Assembly (NCBI RefSeq): GCF_048269915.1
Contig: NZ_JBLWTY010000002.1
Span: 272,449 to 336,448, forward strand
Length of the DNA stretch: 64,000 nucleotides
Reading direction: 5' to 3'
From: Parasphingorhabdus sp.
Lineage (GTDB): Bacteria; Pseudomonadota; Alphaproteobacteria; Sphingomonadales; Sphingomonadaceae
Shown: positions 31,069-40,353 of the stretch, one piece after another
Layout of the letters: each line of letters begins with the position of its first letter
How positions within the stretch are numbered: the stretch's first letter is position 1
Notes under the pieces: model-generated
What the model was told of the DNA's origin: nothing
Database searches by the model: none
What the model saw: the letters and a program-made list of their open reading frames with translations, nothing else
Translations under genes and position numbers: made by a program

Positions 31069-32403
31069 GTGAGTGAGCAAGCAGCAAATTTGGGATGGCG
31101 CCGATTTCTCCCTGCCGGGGTTCGTCCGTATAGCGAAGCGGCTCCTTTGGCGGCGCTGTTTCTGGGTGTTTCCTCTGCGCTCCCGCTGACCATGATCGCA
31201 GCGACCCTAACGACGCGTCTGGCGCAGGCCGGCATCGAGAAATCGACCGTCACGGCCTTTGCGCTGACCTTTCTCGCCTATAATTTTAAATGGCTCTGGG
31301 CACCGGTGATTGACGTGGTGAAATTACCGCTGATCGGCCGGGTCGGACAGCGACTGTCCTGGCTTATCGTCACAGCGGCTCTGGCGATGGCCGCGATTGT
31401 CTATCTCGGTTCGCTGGACCCCGCCAAGGATATCGCCGCCGTTGCGGTTGCCGCGATCATGGTCGGGATTGCCGGGGCAACGTTCGACGTGGTGATCGAC
31501 GCCTATCGTATCGAATTGCTTGAACCCGAGCAGCTGGGCGTCGGTTCCGGCATGTCGCAATATGGCTGGCGGATCGGCGCAGCTACGGCGGGTGCCGTGG
31601 CGCTGGTGGTGGCGGCGCGCACCAACTGGTCGGTTGCCTATTATGTCTGTTCGCTGTTCGCCCTGTTTGCCGTTATCGTCGGCCTGATCATGCGCGAGCC
31701 CAGCCGTCGGCAGGAACCGATGGCGCTCAAGGGCCCGATTGAAGCGGCGAAAGCCTATGTCAGTCCGCTGGTCGAGTTTTTCAAACGCTCCGGTGCGCTC
31801 ATCGTTCTGCTATTCGTACTGGTGCACAAGATCGGCGATACTTTGGCCAACCTGACCTTCCGTTTGCTGTTCGAGGACCTTGGCTTCACCAATGACGAAA
31901 TTGCCTTCTATGATGTCAGTCTCGGCTTTTTCGCCTTTCTGATCGGTATTTTCATTGGCGGTATCGTCTATTCGCGTCTCGGCATGAAAAAGGCGGTGAT
32001 GCTGAGCCTGATCCTGATGGCGATCAGCAATCTGTCGTTCGCTGCGCTGGCTGCTGCAGGCCACAGCAACTGGGGTATGGCAGGGGCGATCGGCTTTGAA
32101 AATTTTGCCAGCGGTGTCGGCGGTGTCGCCGTCGTCGCCTATCTGTCGGCATTGTGCAATCTGCAGTTTACCGGAACGCAATTTGCGTTGCTGTCAGCCG
32201 CAGCCAGCATCCTGGGACGCTTCCTGACCGGGACCACTGCGGGCTCGCTGATCGAGGCAATGGGTTATGTGAATTTCTATCTGCTGACCACGCTGGCAGC
32301 ATTCCCCGGCGTGATCATGTTCTGGCTGATGATCCGGTCGGGCCTGGTAGATCGTTCGCTAGGCACGGCGGGGTCAGTGCACACAGGCGAAACGCCGGAT
32401 TAG
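31069..32403 (+). CDS. ampG: AmpG-family muropeptide MFS permease
   Basis: GTG start after AGGGAG. LAYNFKWLWAPVID and multiple TM segments. Confidence 0.85.
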   Translation: MSEQAANLGWRRFLPAGVRPYSEAAPLAALFLGVSSALPLTMIAATLTTRLAQAGIEKSTVTAFALTFLAYNFKWLWAPVIDVVKLPLIGRVGQRLSWLIVTAALAMAAIVYLGSLDPAKDIAAVAVAAIMVGIAGATFDVVIDAYRIELLEPEQLGVGSGMSQYGWRIGAATAGAVALVVAARTNWSVAYYVCSLFALFAVIVGLIMREPSRRQEPMALKGPIEAAKAYVSPLVEFFKRSGALIVLLFVLVHKIGDTLANLTFRLLFEDLGFTNDEIAFYDVSLGFFAFLIGIFIGGIVYSRLGMKKAVMLSLILMAISNLSFAALAAAGHSNWGMAGAIGFENFASGVGGVAVVAYLSALCNLQFTGTQFALLSAAASILGRFLTGTTAGSLIEAMGYVNFYLLTTLAAFPGVIMFWLMIRSGLVDRSLGTAGSVHTGETPD

Positions 32404-33722
32404 TCTGGCACCTGCTCGTTTGCTCTCAGGACCTCGCCGGCCAGATAAAGGGAACCGGCGATCAGCACGGTTTTGCCCAATCCCGCGTCCAGAGACCGGA
32501 GCGCTGCAGCAATATCGTGCGCTTCTCGTACCGGGGCATCTGCGTCCGGATAGTCGCCAGCGCCGTGGCTTTCATGACCGGGCACCGGGATCACGGTCAC
32601 GCTGGAGAGCTTTTCGTGCAGCGGCGTGATGATGGCGCCGGCATCCTTGTTCGACAGCATACCGATGACAAGATCGATCGAACCCGCTTCATGGTCGGCA
32701 AAATGCTTGGCGAGCGCGAGGCCGGCACTGACATTGTGGCCGCCGTCGACCCAGACTTCGGCGTCGCCCGGAAGCAAATGGGTCAGCGGTCCGGCAATCA
32801 GCAAGTGCATCCGGCCCGGCCATTGTGCCCAGCCCATTGCGGCCCGTAGTGCGCCATCGGAAATGGCGAGCGCATCCTGATGGCGCAGCATGGCGATGGC
32901 GAGCGCGGCATTGTCTGCCTGATGCGCACCGACGAGGGCGGGCAGGGGGAGATTGAGCTTTCCAGCCGCGTCGCGATAGTGCAGCTGGCCTTCGTAAATG
33001 GCGGCATCCCATTCTTCGCCGCGCGGAAAATGCTGCGCACCAATTTGTGCAGCATGATCAGCAATCACGTGCAAAATTTCTGCAGCATATTTTTGCGTCA
33101 GCAACGGGCTGTTCTTTTTCGCGATGCCGGCTTTTTCCCATGCGATGCGGACCATCGGATCGCCGGGCGTGCCGTCTTCGGGGCTTAGCAGAAAAGCTTC
33201 GTGGTCGATGCCGAGTGCGGCGATTCCGGTCGCGGCCGGGCTGGAGATGACATTGGTCGCATCCAGCCGGCCGCCGAGACCGACTTCCAAAATGCAGGCA
33301 TCGGCCGGTGTCTCGGCGAAGGCAAGAAAGGCGGCGGCGGTTGTGGCCTCGAAGAAACTGGGATTGATATCCTCGCTGATATCGAGAACCCGGGCGAGCA
33401 GTTCGGCGAGATATTCATCCTCGATCAGCTTGCCCGCCAGCCGGATCCGCTCGTTGAACCGGACCAGATGCGGGCTGGTATAAACATGGGCCTTGAGCCC
33501 CTCCGCCTCGATGGCGGCGCGGAGGAAAGCGCAGGTCGAGCCCTTGCCGTTGGTGCCGGCGACGTGGAACACGGATGGCAGTTTCTGGTGCGGATTGTTC
33601 AGGCGATCCAGCACGGCGCTGATCCGCTCCAGCCCGAGGATATCGCGGCCGGGAGAGAGCATTTCCAGCCGGTCGAGCTGTTTCTGGACCGCCGGATGAT
33701 CGGATCGGGCACCGTCGGCCAT
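32400..33722 (-). CDS. folC: Folylpolyglutamate synthase / dihydrofolate synthase
   Basis: P-loop HVAGTNGKGST and Mur-ligase architecture. Its 3' end overlaps the ampG stop by 4 nt. Confidence 0.92.
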   Translation of the reverse strand: MADGARSDHPAVQKQLDRLEMLSPGRDILGLERISAVLDRLNNPHQKLPSVFHVAGTNGKGSTCAFLRAAIEAEGLKAHVYTSPHLVRFNERIRLAGKLIEDEYLAELLARVLDISEDINPSFFEATTAAAFLAFAETPADACILEVGLGGRLDATNVISSPAATGIAALGIDHEAFLLSPEDGTPGDPMVRIAWEKAGIAKKNSPLLTQKYAAEILHVIADHAAQIGAQHFPRGEEWDAAIYEGQLHYRDAAGKLNLPLPALVGAHQADNAALAIAMLRHQDALAISDGALRAAMGWAQWPGRMHLLIAGPLTHLLPGDAEVWVDGGHNVSAGLALAKHFADHEAGSIDLVIGMLSNKDAGAIITPLHEKLSSVTVIPVPGHESHGAGDYPDADAPVREAHDIAAALRSLDAGLGKTVLIAGSLYLAGEVLRANEQVPD

Positions 33723-33727
33723 CTACT

Positions 33728-33760
33728 CCCCTCCCGCTCGCGGGAGGGGCCGGGGGTGGG
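33728..33760. repeat. GC-rich palindromic element (family C), copy 1
   Basis: cccctcccgc-tc-gcgggagggg hairpin plus the tail ccgggggtggg. Confidence 0.85.
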
Positions 33761-33801
33761 CCAGATTATTTGAAATCGCGGTTTTGGTCATGGAGGATAA
33801 T

Positions 33802-33835
33802 CCCACCCCTAACCCCTCCCGCAAGCGGGAGGGGG
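33802..33835. repeat. GC-rich palindromic element (family C), copy 2, inverted relative to copy 1
   Basis: cccacccct-aa-cccctcccgc-aa-gcgggaggggg. Its reverse complement aligns with copy 1 apart from a few substitutions. Confidence 0.85.
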
Positions 33836-33837
33836 AT

Positions 33838-34692
33838 TTAGGCCGCGTCTTTCCATGCCATCAGATAGCCCATGACCTGAGCCAGCTTTGCGCGCAGTTC
33901 CTTGCGGTGCACGACCATATCGATCATGCCGTGCTCGAGCAGATATTCCGCCGTCTGGAAGCCTTCGGGCAGCTTCTCGCGGATGGTATTCTCGATCACC
34001 CGCTGGCCGGCAAAGCCGATCATCGCGCCGGGTTCGGAAATATGCACGTCGCCGAGCATCGCATAGCTGGCGGTGACGCCGCCGGTGGTCGGATCGGTCA
34101 GCACGACGATGAACGGGATGCCCGCTTCGCGCAGCATCGAGATCGCCACCGTGGTCTTCGGCATCTGCATCAGCGACAAGATACCCTCCTGCATCCGTGC
34201 GCCGCCGGCGGCGGTGAAGATGATGTAAGGGCACTGGTCCTTCAGCGCGCGTTTGGCGCCGTCGACAAAGGCCTGACCCACGGCCAGCCCCATCGAGCCG
34301 CCCATGAAGGCAAAATCCTGTACGCCGACGACGCAAGGGATGTTCTCGATCGTGCCCTTGACGTTGATCAGCGCGTCCTGCTCGCCGGTCTTGGCGCGGG
34401 CATCTTTCAGCCGGTCGACATATTTCTTCTGGTCCTTGAATTTCAGCGGGTCTTCCTGGACCTTCGCCCAGGGGATCAGCTTCCAGCTGTCGTCATCCAT
34501 GATCTGCGCGAAGCGGGTCATCGGCCCGATGCGGCCGTGATGCTCGCATTTCGGGCAGATATGCATATTTTCCTCATATTCCTTGAGGAATACCATCGCT
34601 TCGCATTTCTTGCACTTGTGCCAGAGATTGTCGGGCGTTTCGCGCTTGGTAATCGACGCGATCTTGTTGCGGACATTGCTTAGCCAGGACAT
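33838..34692 (-). CDS. accD: Acetyl-CoA carboxylase carboxyltransferase beta subunit
   Basis: Zn ribbon CKKCEAMVF...CPKCEHH and FAFMGGSMG. Confidence 0.95.
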   Translation of the reverse strand: MSWLSNVRNKIASITKRETPDNLWHKCKKCEAMVFLKEYEENMHICPKCEHHGRIGPMTRFAQIMDDDSWKLIPWAKVQEDPLKFKDQKKYVDRLKDARAKTGEQDALINVKGTIENIPCVVGVQDFAFMGGSMGLAVGQAFVDGAKRALKDQCPYIIFTAAGGARMQEGILSLMQMPKTTVAISMLREAGIPFIVVLTDPTTGGVTASYAMLGDVHISEPGAMIGFAGQRVIENTIREKLPEGFQTAEYLLEHGMIDMVVHRKELRAKLAQVMGYLMAWKDAA

Positions 34693-34713
34693 GATTTACC
34701 CTTATCTTCTGTT

Positions 34714-34782
34714 CCGTTCGTCTCGAGCGTAGTCGAGAGACTTTTTATCCGCAGGCATCTCGACTTCGCTCGATGCGAACGG
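34714..34782. repeat. Long imperfect hairpin element (family B), copy 1
   Basis: 28-nt arms at 34714-34741 and 34755-34782 pair at about 23 of 28 positions. The outer stem is ccgttcg...cgaacgg. Confidence 0.85.
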
Positions 34783-34791
34783 TTTTTAAAT

Positions 34792-35589
34792 TCAATTCTT
34801 TCCGGCGGCCCTGATAGCATCGGAAAGCGACTTTACATAGTCCCTGACATGCGGCGCGGCGTCCTTGCCATATTCGCCGACAATCTCGACGATGGCAGAG
34901 CCGACGACCACGCCATCGGCGACGCGGGCGATCTCGGCGGCTTGTTCCGGCGTGCGCACACCAAAGCCGACGGCGACGGGCAGATCGGTGCCTGCTTTCA
35001 GCCGGGCGACGGCTTCCTCGATGCTGGCCTGGGCCGCCTGTTGCTGGCCGGTGATGCCGGCGACCGAGACATAATAGAGAAAGCCGCTGGCGTTGTTCAA
35101 TATGGTGGGCAGCCGCTCTGCATCGGTGGTCGGCGTGGCAAGGCGGATGACGGCAATATTCTTGGCGCGCAGGGCGTCGCCGAGGCTTTCATCCTCCTCG
35201 ACCGGGATATCGACGCAGATCACGGCATCGACACCGGCGTCAACACAAGCATCGGCGAACCACTCGGAGCCTCTGATCGTCATCGGATTGGCATAGCCCA
35301 TCAGCACCAGCGGCGTATCCGGATGGCGCTGGCGAAATTCCTTTGCCATGTTGAAGATGTCGGCGGTCCTGGTGCCAGCGGCCAGACTGCGGATATCGGC
35401 TTCCTGGATCGACGGACCATCGGCCATCGGATCGGTGAACGGCATGCCGAGTTCGATGATATCCGCGCCGCCTGCGACAAGCGCGTCAAGAATGGCACCG
35501 GTATCGGCAGGGGTCGGATCGCCAGCGGTTACGAAGGTGACGAGCGCGGCGCGGTCGGCGGGGAAGGATGAAGAGAGGCGATCAGTCAT
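34792..35589 (-). CDS. trpA: Tryptophan synthase alpha chain
   Basis: ELGMPFTDPMADGP and GFGV. Confidence 0.95.
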   Translation of the reverse strand: MTDRLSSSFPADRAALVTFVTAGDPTPADTGAILDALVAGGADIIELGMPFTDPMADGPSIQEADIRSLAAGTRTADIFNMAKEFRQRHPDTPLVLMGYANPMTIRGSEWFADACVDAGVDAVICVDIPVEEDESLGDALRAKNIAVIRLATPTTDAERLPTILNNASGFLYYVSVAGITGQQQAAQASIEEAVARLKAGTDLPVAVGFGVRTPEQAAEIARVADGVVVGSAIVEIVGEYGKDAAPHVRDYVKSLSDAIRAAGKN

Positions 35590-35608
35590 TGAATGAAACC
35601 CATATGTT

Positions 35609-35699
35609 CGTCACCCTGAACTTGTTTCAGGGTCCATTTCTGGTCTTGAGGCAGGCTCTGCGATGGCATGATGGATGCTGAAACAAGTTCAGCATGACG
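35609..35699. repeat. Double-hairpin element (family A, core gaacttgtttcag), copy 1
   Basis: Left module cgtcaccctgaacttgtttcagggtc. Right module gatgctgaaacaagttcagcatgacg is its inverted copy. Confidence 0.85.
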
Positions 35700-35710
35700 A
35701 GTGCAAAAAC

Positions 35711-36946
35711 TCATATCTCCGTCCCCAGCGCCTCGGCGACGGTGAAAATATCCTTGTCGCCGCGACCGCACAGGTTCGCGAGGATGATCTTGTCCTGATC
35801 CATCTTCACCGCTTCCCGCACCACCGCAGCAATCGCATGGCTCGGTTCGAGCGCGGGAATAATGCCTTCAGTGCGGCAGAGCAATTGGAACGCATCGAGG
35901 GCTTCGGTGTCGGTGGCGCTGTCATAGTCGACGCGACCGGATTCTTTCAGCCAGCTATGCTCCGGACCAATGCCGGGATAGTCGAGGCCGGCGCTGATCG
36001 AATGGGCTTCGGTGATCTGGCCATCCTCGTCCTGCAGCAGATAGGTCTTGTTGCCGTGGAGGATTCCGGGGCCGCCGCCGGCTAGGCTCGCCGCATGTTC
36101 CTTGTCCAGACCATGGCCAGCCGCTTCGATGCCGAGCATCTTGACGTCCGGATCATCGAGAAACGGGTGGAACAGGCCGATGGCATTACTGCCGCCGCCA
36201 ATGGCCGCGACCAGCATATCGGGCAGGCGACCGGTACGCTCCAGCATCTGGGCGCGGGCTTCCTTGCCGATCACGCTTTGAAAATCGCGGACCAGCTCGG
36301 GATAGGGATGGGGACCGGCGGCGGTGCCGATGATGTAGAATGTGTCGTGCACATTGGCGACCCAGTCGCGCAGCGCCTCGTTCATCGCGTCTTTCAGCGT
36401 CGCCGCGCCGCTGGTCACCGGCACAACTTCCGCACCGAGCAATTTCATCCGGAACAGATTGGGCTTCTGCCGTGCGACATCGGTCGCGCCCATGAAAATC
36501 GTGCAGGGCAGGCCGAAGCGCGCACATACGGTCGCTGTCGCCACCCCATGTTGGCCGGCGCCGGTTTCCGCGATAATCCGCGTTTTGCCCATGCGCATCG
36601 CGAGCAATATCTGCCCGACGCAATTGTTGATCTTGTGCGCGCCGGTGTGGTTCAGCTCGTCGCGCTTGAACCAGATTTGCGCGCCTTTGCCCTCGGGCGC
36701 ATCCTTGCGGACTTCCTCGGTCAGGCTTTCGGCAAAATAAAGCGGCGAGGGGCGACCGACATAATTTTGCAGCAGGTCGTTGAATTCTTCCTCGAACGCC
36801 GGGTCGGCCTGCGCCGCGCGATAATGTTTTTCCAGATCGAGGATCAGCGGCATCAAAGTTTCGGCGACATAGCGTCCGCCAAATTCGCCGAAATGGCCGC
36901 GGTCATCCGGCATGTTGCGGAAGCTGTTGGGAGGTGTGTCGTTCAT
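35711..36946 (-). CDS. trpB: Tryptophan synthase beta chain
   Basis: ATG 36946. PLP Lys in HTGAHKINN; also GGGSNAIG. Confidence 0.95.
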   Translation of the reverse strand: MNDTPPNSFRNMPDDRGHFGEFGGRYVAETLMPLILDLEKHYRAAQADPAFEEEFNDLLQNYVGRPSPLYFAESLTEEVRKDAPEGKGAQIWFKRDELNHTGAHKINNCVGQILLAMRMGKTRIIAETGAGQHGVATATVCARFGLPCTIFMGATDVARQKPNLFRMKLLGAEVVPVTSGAATLKDAMNEALRDWVANVHDTFYIIGTAAGPHPYPELVRDFQSVIGKEARAQMLERTGRLPDMLVAAIGGGSNAIGLFHPFLDDPDVKMLGIEAAGHGLDKEHAASLAGGGPGILHGNKTYLLQDEDGQITEAHSISAGLDYPGIGPEHSWLKESGRVDYDSATDTEALDAFQLLCRTEGIIPALEPSHAIAAVVREAVKMDQDKIILANLCGRGDKDIFTVAEALGTEI

Positions 36947-36959
36947 GAGTTCGAGATTT

Positions 36960-37030
36960 CCGTTCGCATCGAGCGAAGTCGAGATGCATCTGTGATCGGC
37001 CTGTGTCTCGACTGCGCTCGACACGAACGG
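36960..37030. repeat. Long imperfect hairpin element (family B), copy 2, opposite orientation to copy 1
   Basis: The left arm 36960-36987 is the exact reverse complement (28 of 28) of 34755-34782. The right arm is 37003-37030. Confidence 0.9.
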
Positions 37031-37033
37031 ATG

Positions 37034-37678
37034 CTATCCGGCTTCGTCATAGTCCCGCACCGCTTGGCAAAAGGCGGCGATCTTGTCCACATCTTTGACA
37101 CCCGGAGCGGATTCGACGCCGGAGGACACGTCGACCAGCGGGGCGCGGGTGGCGTTCAGCGCGTCGATGACATTGTCCGGATCGAGACCGCCGGCGAGGC
37201 CCCAGTCGATCTGATGATCATGACCGGCGAGCAGGGTCCAGTCAAAGGAGGTGCCAGTCCCGCCGGGCAAAGCCTTGGCCGGGGCGTCAAACAGCAAGCG
37301 GTCGGCAGCGCCGATATAGCGGCTGGATTTGGCCAGTGTCGGTTTGTCTTTCACGCCCAGCGCCTTCCAGATTTCCAGGCCCGTATTGTCCGCCACCAGT
37401 TTCAACCAGTCGGGCGTCTCGCTACCGTGAAACTGGACGACATCCGGTTTGACGTCGCCGATCGCCTTGCCGGTCAGTTTCGGATCGGCATTGACGAGCA
37501 GCATCACCGTCTTGATCCGGTCACCTGCATGGTCGCGCAGCTCCGCCGCGCGTGCCAGGGATACATGGCGCGGGCTTTTTGCGAAATGGACAAGGCCGAA
37601 ATAGTCGGCGCCTGCTGCGATGGCTGCGTCAATGGACGCTTCGGCGGACAGGCCGCAGATTTTTATTTTGGTTTTCAT
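37034..37678 (-). CDS. trpF: Phosphoribosylanthranilate isomerase
   Basis: ATG 37678 (MKTKIKICGL). The longer track ORF runs into the family A repeat. Confidence 0.92.
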   Translation of the reverse strand: MKTKIKICGLSAEASIDAAIAAGADYFGLVHFAKSPRHVSLARAAELRDHAGDRIKTVMLLVNADPKLTGKAIGDVKPDVVQFHGSETPDWLKLVADNTGLEIWKALGVKDKPTLAKSSRYIGAADRLLFDAPAKALPGGTGTSFDWTLLAGHDHQIDWGLAGGLDPDNVIDALNATRAPLVDVSSGVESAPGVKDVDKIAAFCQAVRDYDEAG

Positions 37679-37708
37679 GCTGCGGTCATTAGCGAAGCCG
37701 GAACCATT

Positions 37709-37786
37709 CGTCATGCCGAACTTGTTTCAGGATCACTCCAGATTGTGCATCGACCCGGGAGGTCCTGAAATACATTCAGGATGACG
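37709..37786. repeat. Double-hairpin element (family A), copy 2
   Basis: Modules cgtcatgccgaacttgtttcaggatc and ggtcctgaaatacattcaggatgacg. Confidence 0.8.
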
Positions 37787-37812
37787 ATGCTGCCTTCAAC
37801 GATGGCGTTTCT

Positions 37813-38487
37813 TCAAAGCGTCGCCTCGATCGCCCGCGCTGCCGCATTAGGATCCTCCGCGCCCGTAATCGGCCGTCCAATCACCAGCACGCTCGCGCCA
37901 TTGTCGCGCGCCTGCCGCGGGGTCACGGCGCGTTTCTGATCTCCCATGCTACCGCCCTTGGGGCGCAGGCCGGGGACGACGAAAAAGCCGTCTTTCCAGA
38001 TCTTGTGTGCCGCTTTGACTTCATTTCCTGAACAGACGATGCCGTCCAGCCCGGCCTCGCGGGCCAGTCCTGCCAGTCGCTCGACCTGGTCATGAGGTGA
38101 GCCGCTATAGCCGATCCTGCCCATATCGCTCTCGTCAAGCGAGGTCAGCAGGGTAACGCCGACAACTTTCGTATGTTCGTTCGCTGCCGCCTTGGCATCT
38201 TCCATCATCGCGCGACCGCCGGAGGCGTGGATGGTAACGATGGCTGGTTCCAGCACATTGATCGCCTGCATCGCCTTTGCCACGGTATTGGGAATGTCGT
38301 GCAGCTTGAGATCGAGAAAGATTGGCAGGCCGAGCTTCTGGATTTCATGGACCCCGTGATGACCATGGGCGCAAAAAAATTCCAGTCCGAGTTTCACACC
38401 GCCGACATGACCGCTTACCGCCTGTGCAATTGCCATCGCCCGGTCGAGGTCTGGCGTGTCGAGTGCTATGAAAATGGGGTTGCTCAT
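37813..38487 (-). CDS. pyrF: Orotidine 5'-phosphate decarboxylase
   Basis: ALDTPD and FLDLKLHDIPNT. Confidence 0.95.
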   Translation of the reverse strand: MSNPIFIALDTPDLDRAMAIAQAVSGHVGGVKLGLEFFCAHGHHGVHEIQKLGLPIFLDLKLHDIPNTVAKAMQAINVLEPAIVTIHASGGRAMMEDAKAAANEHTKVVGVTLLTSLDESDMGRIGYSGSPHDQVERLAGLAREAGLDGIVCSGNEVKAAHKIWKDGFFVVPGLRPKGGSMGDQKRAVTPRQARDNGASVLVIGRPITGAEDPNAAARAIEATL

Positions 38488-38852
38488 GTGCCGGGTGCCT
38501 TCTGCTTATCGATCGATGATACTGCGGGGGCGGGTTCCGTCGCGGGAGTCGGGGACGCGGCAGGGGCCGGTGAAGGGGATGATGCCCGGCTGGCCACCGG
38601 CGTCGGCGCAGGGGATGTTCTTGCAGCATTTTCGAGAGTTTTGATCCGCCGCGATGTCCGCCATTTGGACCCTCTCAAAAGCAGCCAGGTAGGAACGAAA
38701 CCGATCAGAAAGGCGCCGACGACAAAGGTTGAAACCCGGGCCTCGACAATGGCCGCGCCGAGATCCAGCGAGGCCCGCGCCTCGTTGGTCCACCAGAAGA
38801 TGAACGTTGCGACCAGCAGAAGGACCCAAAAGAGGATTTTTATAAATTGCAT
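38484..38852 (-). CDS. LapA/DUF1049-family inner-membrane protein
   Basis: Two TM helices (ILFWVLLLVATFIFWW and FVVGAFLIGFVPTWLLL) and a Pro/Ala-rich tail. The stop overlaps the pyrF start. Confidence 0.8.
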   Translation of the reverse strand: MQFIKILFWVLLLVATFIFWWTNEARASLDLGAAIVEARVSTFVVGAFLIGFVPTWLLLRGSKWRTSRRIKTLENAARTSPAPTPVASRASSPSPAPAASPTPATEPAPAVSSIDKQKAPGT

Positions 38853-38938
38853 GGCTCACCTTTTTTCCGTGTTGGCGACTATCCTAGTCCGAAACAGGAC
38901 GGGTGACCAGATGCTAAGATATGCTCTCGAAAAAGACC

Positions 38939-40240
38939 CTATTCTCCGAAAACCCGGGCGAAAATCGTGTCGACATGCTTGAAATGATAATCGAGGTTGA
39001 ACCGTTCCTCGAGCTCCGCCTCGGACAGTTTCGCGGTGACGTCCGGATCCGCCTTGAGCAGGTCGAGCAGGGCGATTTCGCCGTCCGATTCCCAGACTTT
39101 CATGGCGTTGCGCTGGACGATACGATAGCTGTCCTCGCGGCTGATGCCGGCCTGGGTCAGTGCCAGCAAGACCCGCTGCGAATGGACAAGGCCGCCCATC
39201 CGGTCGAGGTTTTTCTGCATCCGTTCGGGGTAGATGAGCAGCTTTTCAATGACACCGGTCAGCCGTCCCAGGGCGAAATCCAGCGTGATTGTCGCGTCGG
39301 GGCCGATCATCCGCTCGACCGAGCTGTGCGAAATATCGCGCTCGTGCCAGAGGGCGACATTTTCCATCGCCGGCAGCGCATAGCTGCGCACCATGCGGGC
39401 GAGACCGGTCAGATTTTCGGTCAGGATCGGGTTACGCTTGTGCGGCATCGCGCTTGAGCCCTTCTGGCCGGGCGAGAAATATTCTTCTGCCTCGAGTACC
39501 TCGGTGCGCTGCAAATGGCGGACTTCGACGGCAAGCCGCTCGACCGAGGAGGCGATGACCCCGAGCGTTGCGAAATATTGCGCATGGCGGTCGCGCGGGA
39601 TGACCTGGGTCGAGACCGGCTCGACTTCAAGGCCCAGCTTCTCCGCGACATGTTCTTCAACCTTCGGGTCGATATTGGCGAAAGTGCCGACCGCGCCGGA
39701 AATGGCGCAGGTGGCGATTTCCTTGCGCGCAGCGACCAGCCGTTCGCGGTTGCGTTCAAACTCGGCATAGGCCTGCGCGAGTTTCAGGCCGAAGGTCACC
39801 GGTTCGCCGTGGATGCCGTGGCTGCGGCCGATGGTCGGGGTGAACTTGTGCTCGTAGGCGCGCTTCTTGATCGCCGCGAGCAGCGCGTCGATATCGGCCA
39901 GCAAAATATCCGAAGCACGGGCCAGCTGCACCGCCAGACAGGTGTCGAGGACATCGCTCGAGGTCATGCCCTGATGCATGAAGCGGGCTTCCTCGCCGAC
40001 ATTTTCCGCGACATTGGTCAGGAAGGCAATCACGTCATGCTTCACTTCGCGCTCAATCTCGTCGATCCGTGCGACGTCGAACTTGCCCTTGGCCCAGATC
40101 GCTTCCGCTGCTTCCTTGGGCACGACGCCGAGTTCGGCCAGTGCATCAGTGGCGTGCGCCTCGATCTCGAACCAGATCTGGAATTTCGATTCAGGCTCCC
40201 AGAGGGCAACCATTTCGGGGCGGGAATAACGTGGGATCAT
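38939..40240 (-). CDS. purB: Adenylosuccinate lyase
   Basis: Signature GSSAMPHKRNP in a 433-aa protein. Confidence 0.95.
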   Translation of the reverse strand: MIPRYSRPEMVALWEPESKFQIWFEIEAHATDALAELGVVPKEAAEAIWAKGKFDVARIDEIEREVKHDVIAFLTNVAENVGEEARFMHQGMTSSDVLDTCLAVQLARASDILLADIDALLAAIKKRAYEHKFTPTIGRSHGIHGEPVTFGLKLAQAYAEFERNRERLVAARKEIATCAISGAVGTFANIDPKVEEHVAEKLGLEVEPVSTQVIPRDRHAQYFATLGVIASSVERLAVEVRHLQRTEVLEAEEYFSPGQKGSSAMPHKRNPILTENLTGLARMVRSYALPAMENVALWHERDISHSSVERMIGPDATITLDFALGRLTGVIEKLLIYPERMQKNLDRMGGLVHSQRVLLALTQAGISREDSYRIVQRNAMKVWESDGEIALLDLLKADPDVTAKLSEAELEERFNLDYHFKHVDTIFARVFGE

Positions 40241-40353
40241 GATTGGTCCTTGGACAAAGTTTATGATTGCGGCAATGATGTGCCTTGAATTGCGGTCCCG
40301 CTAGCACCTACGAAATGAGTCGGCAATGCAGCGGCGGAAACAGGGAGAATAAA

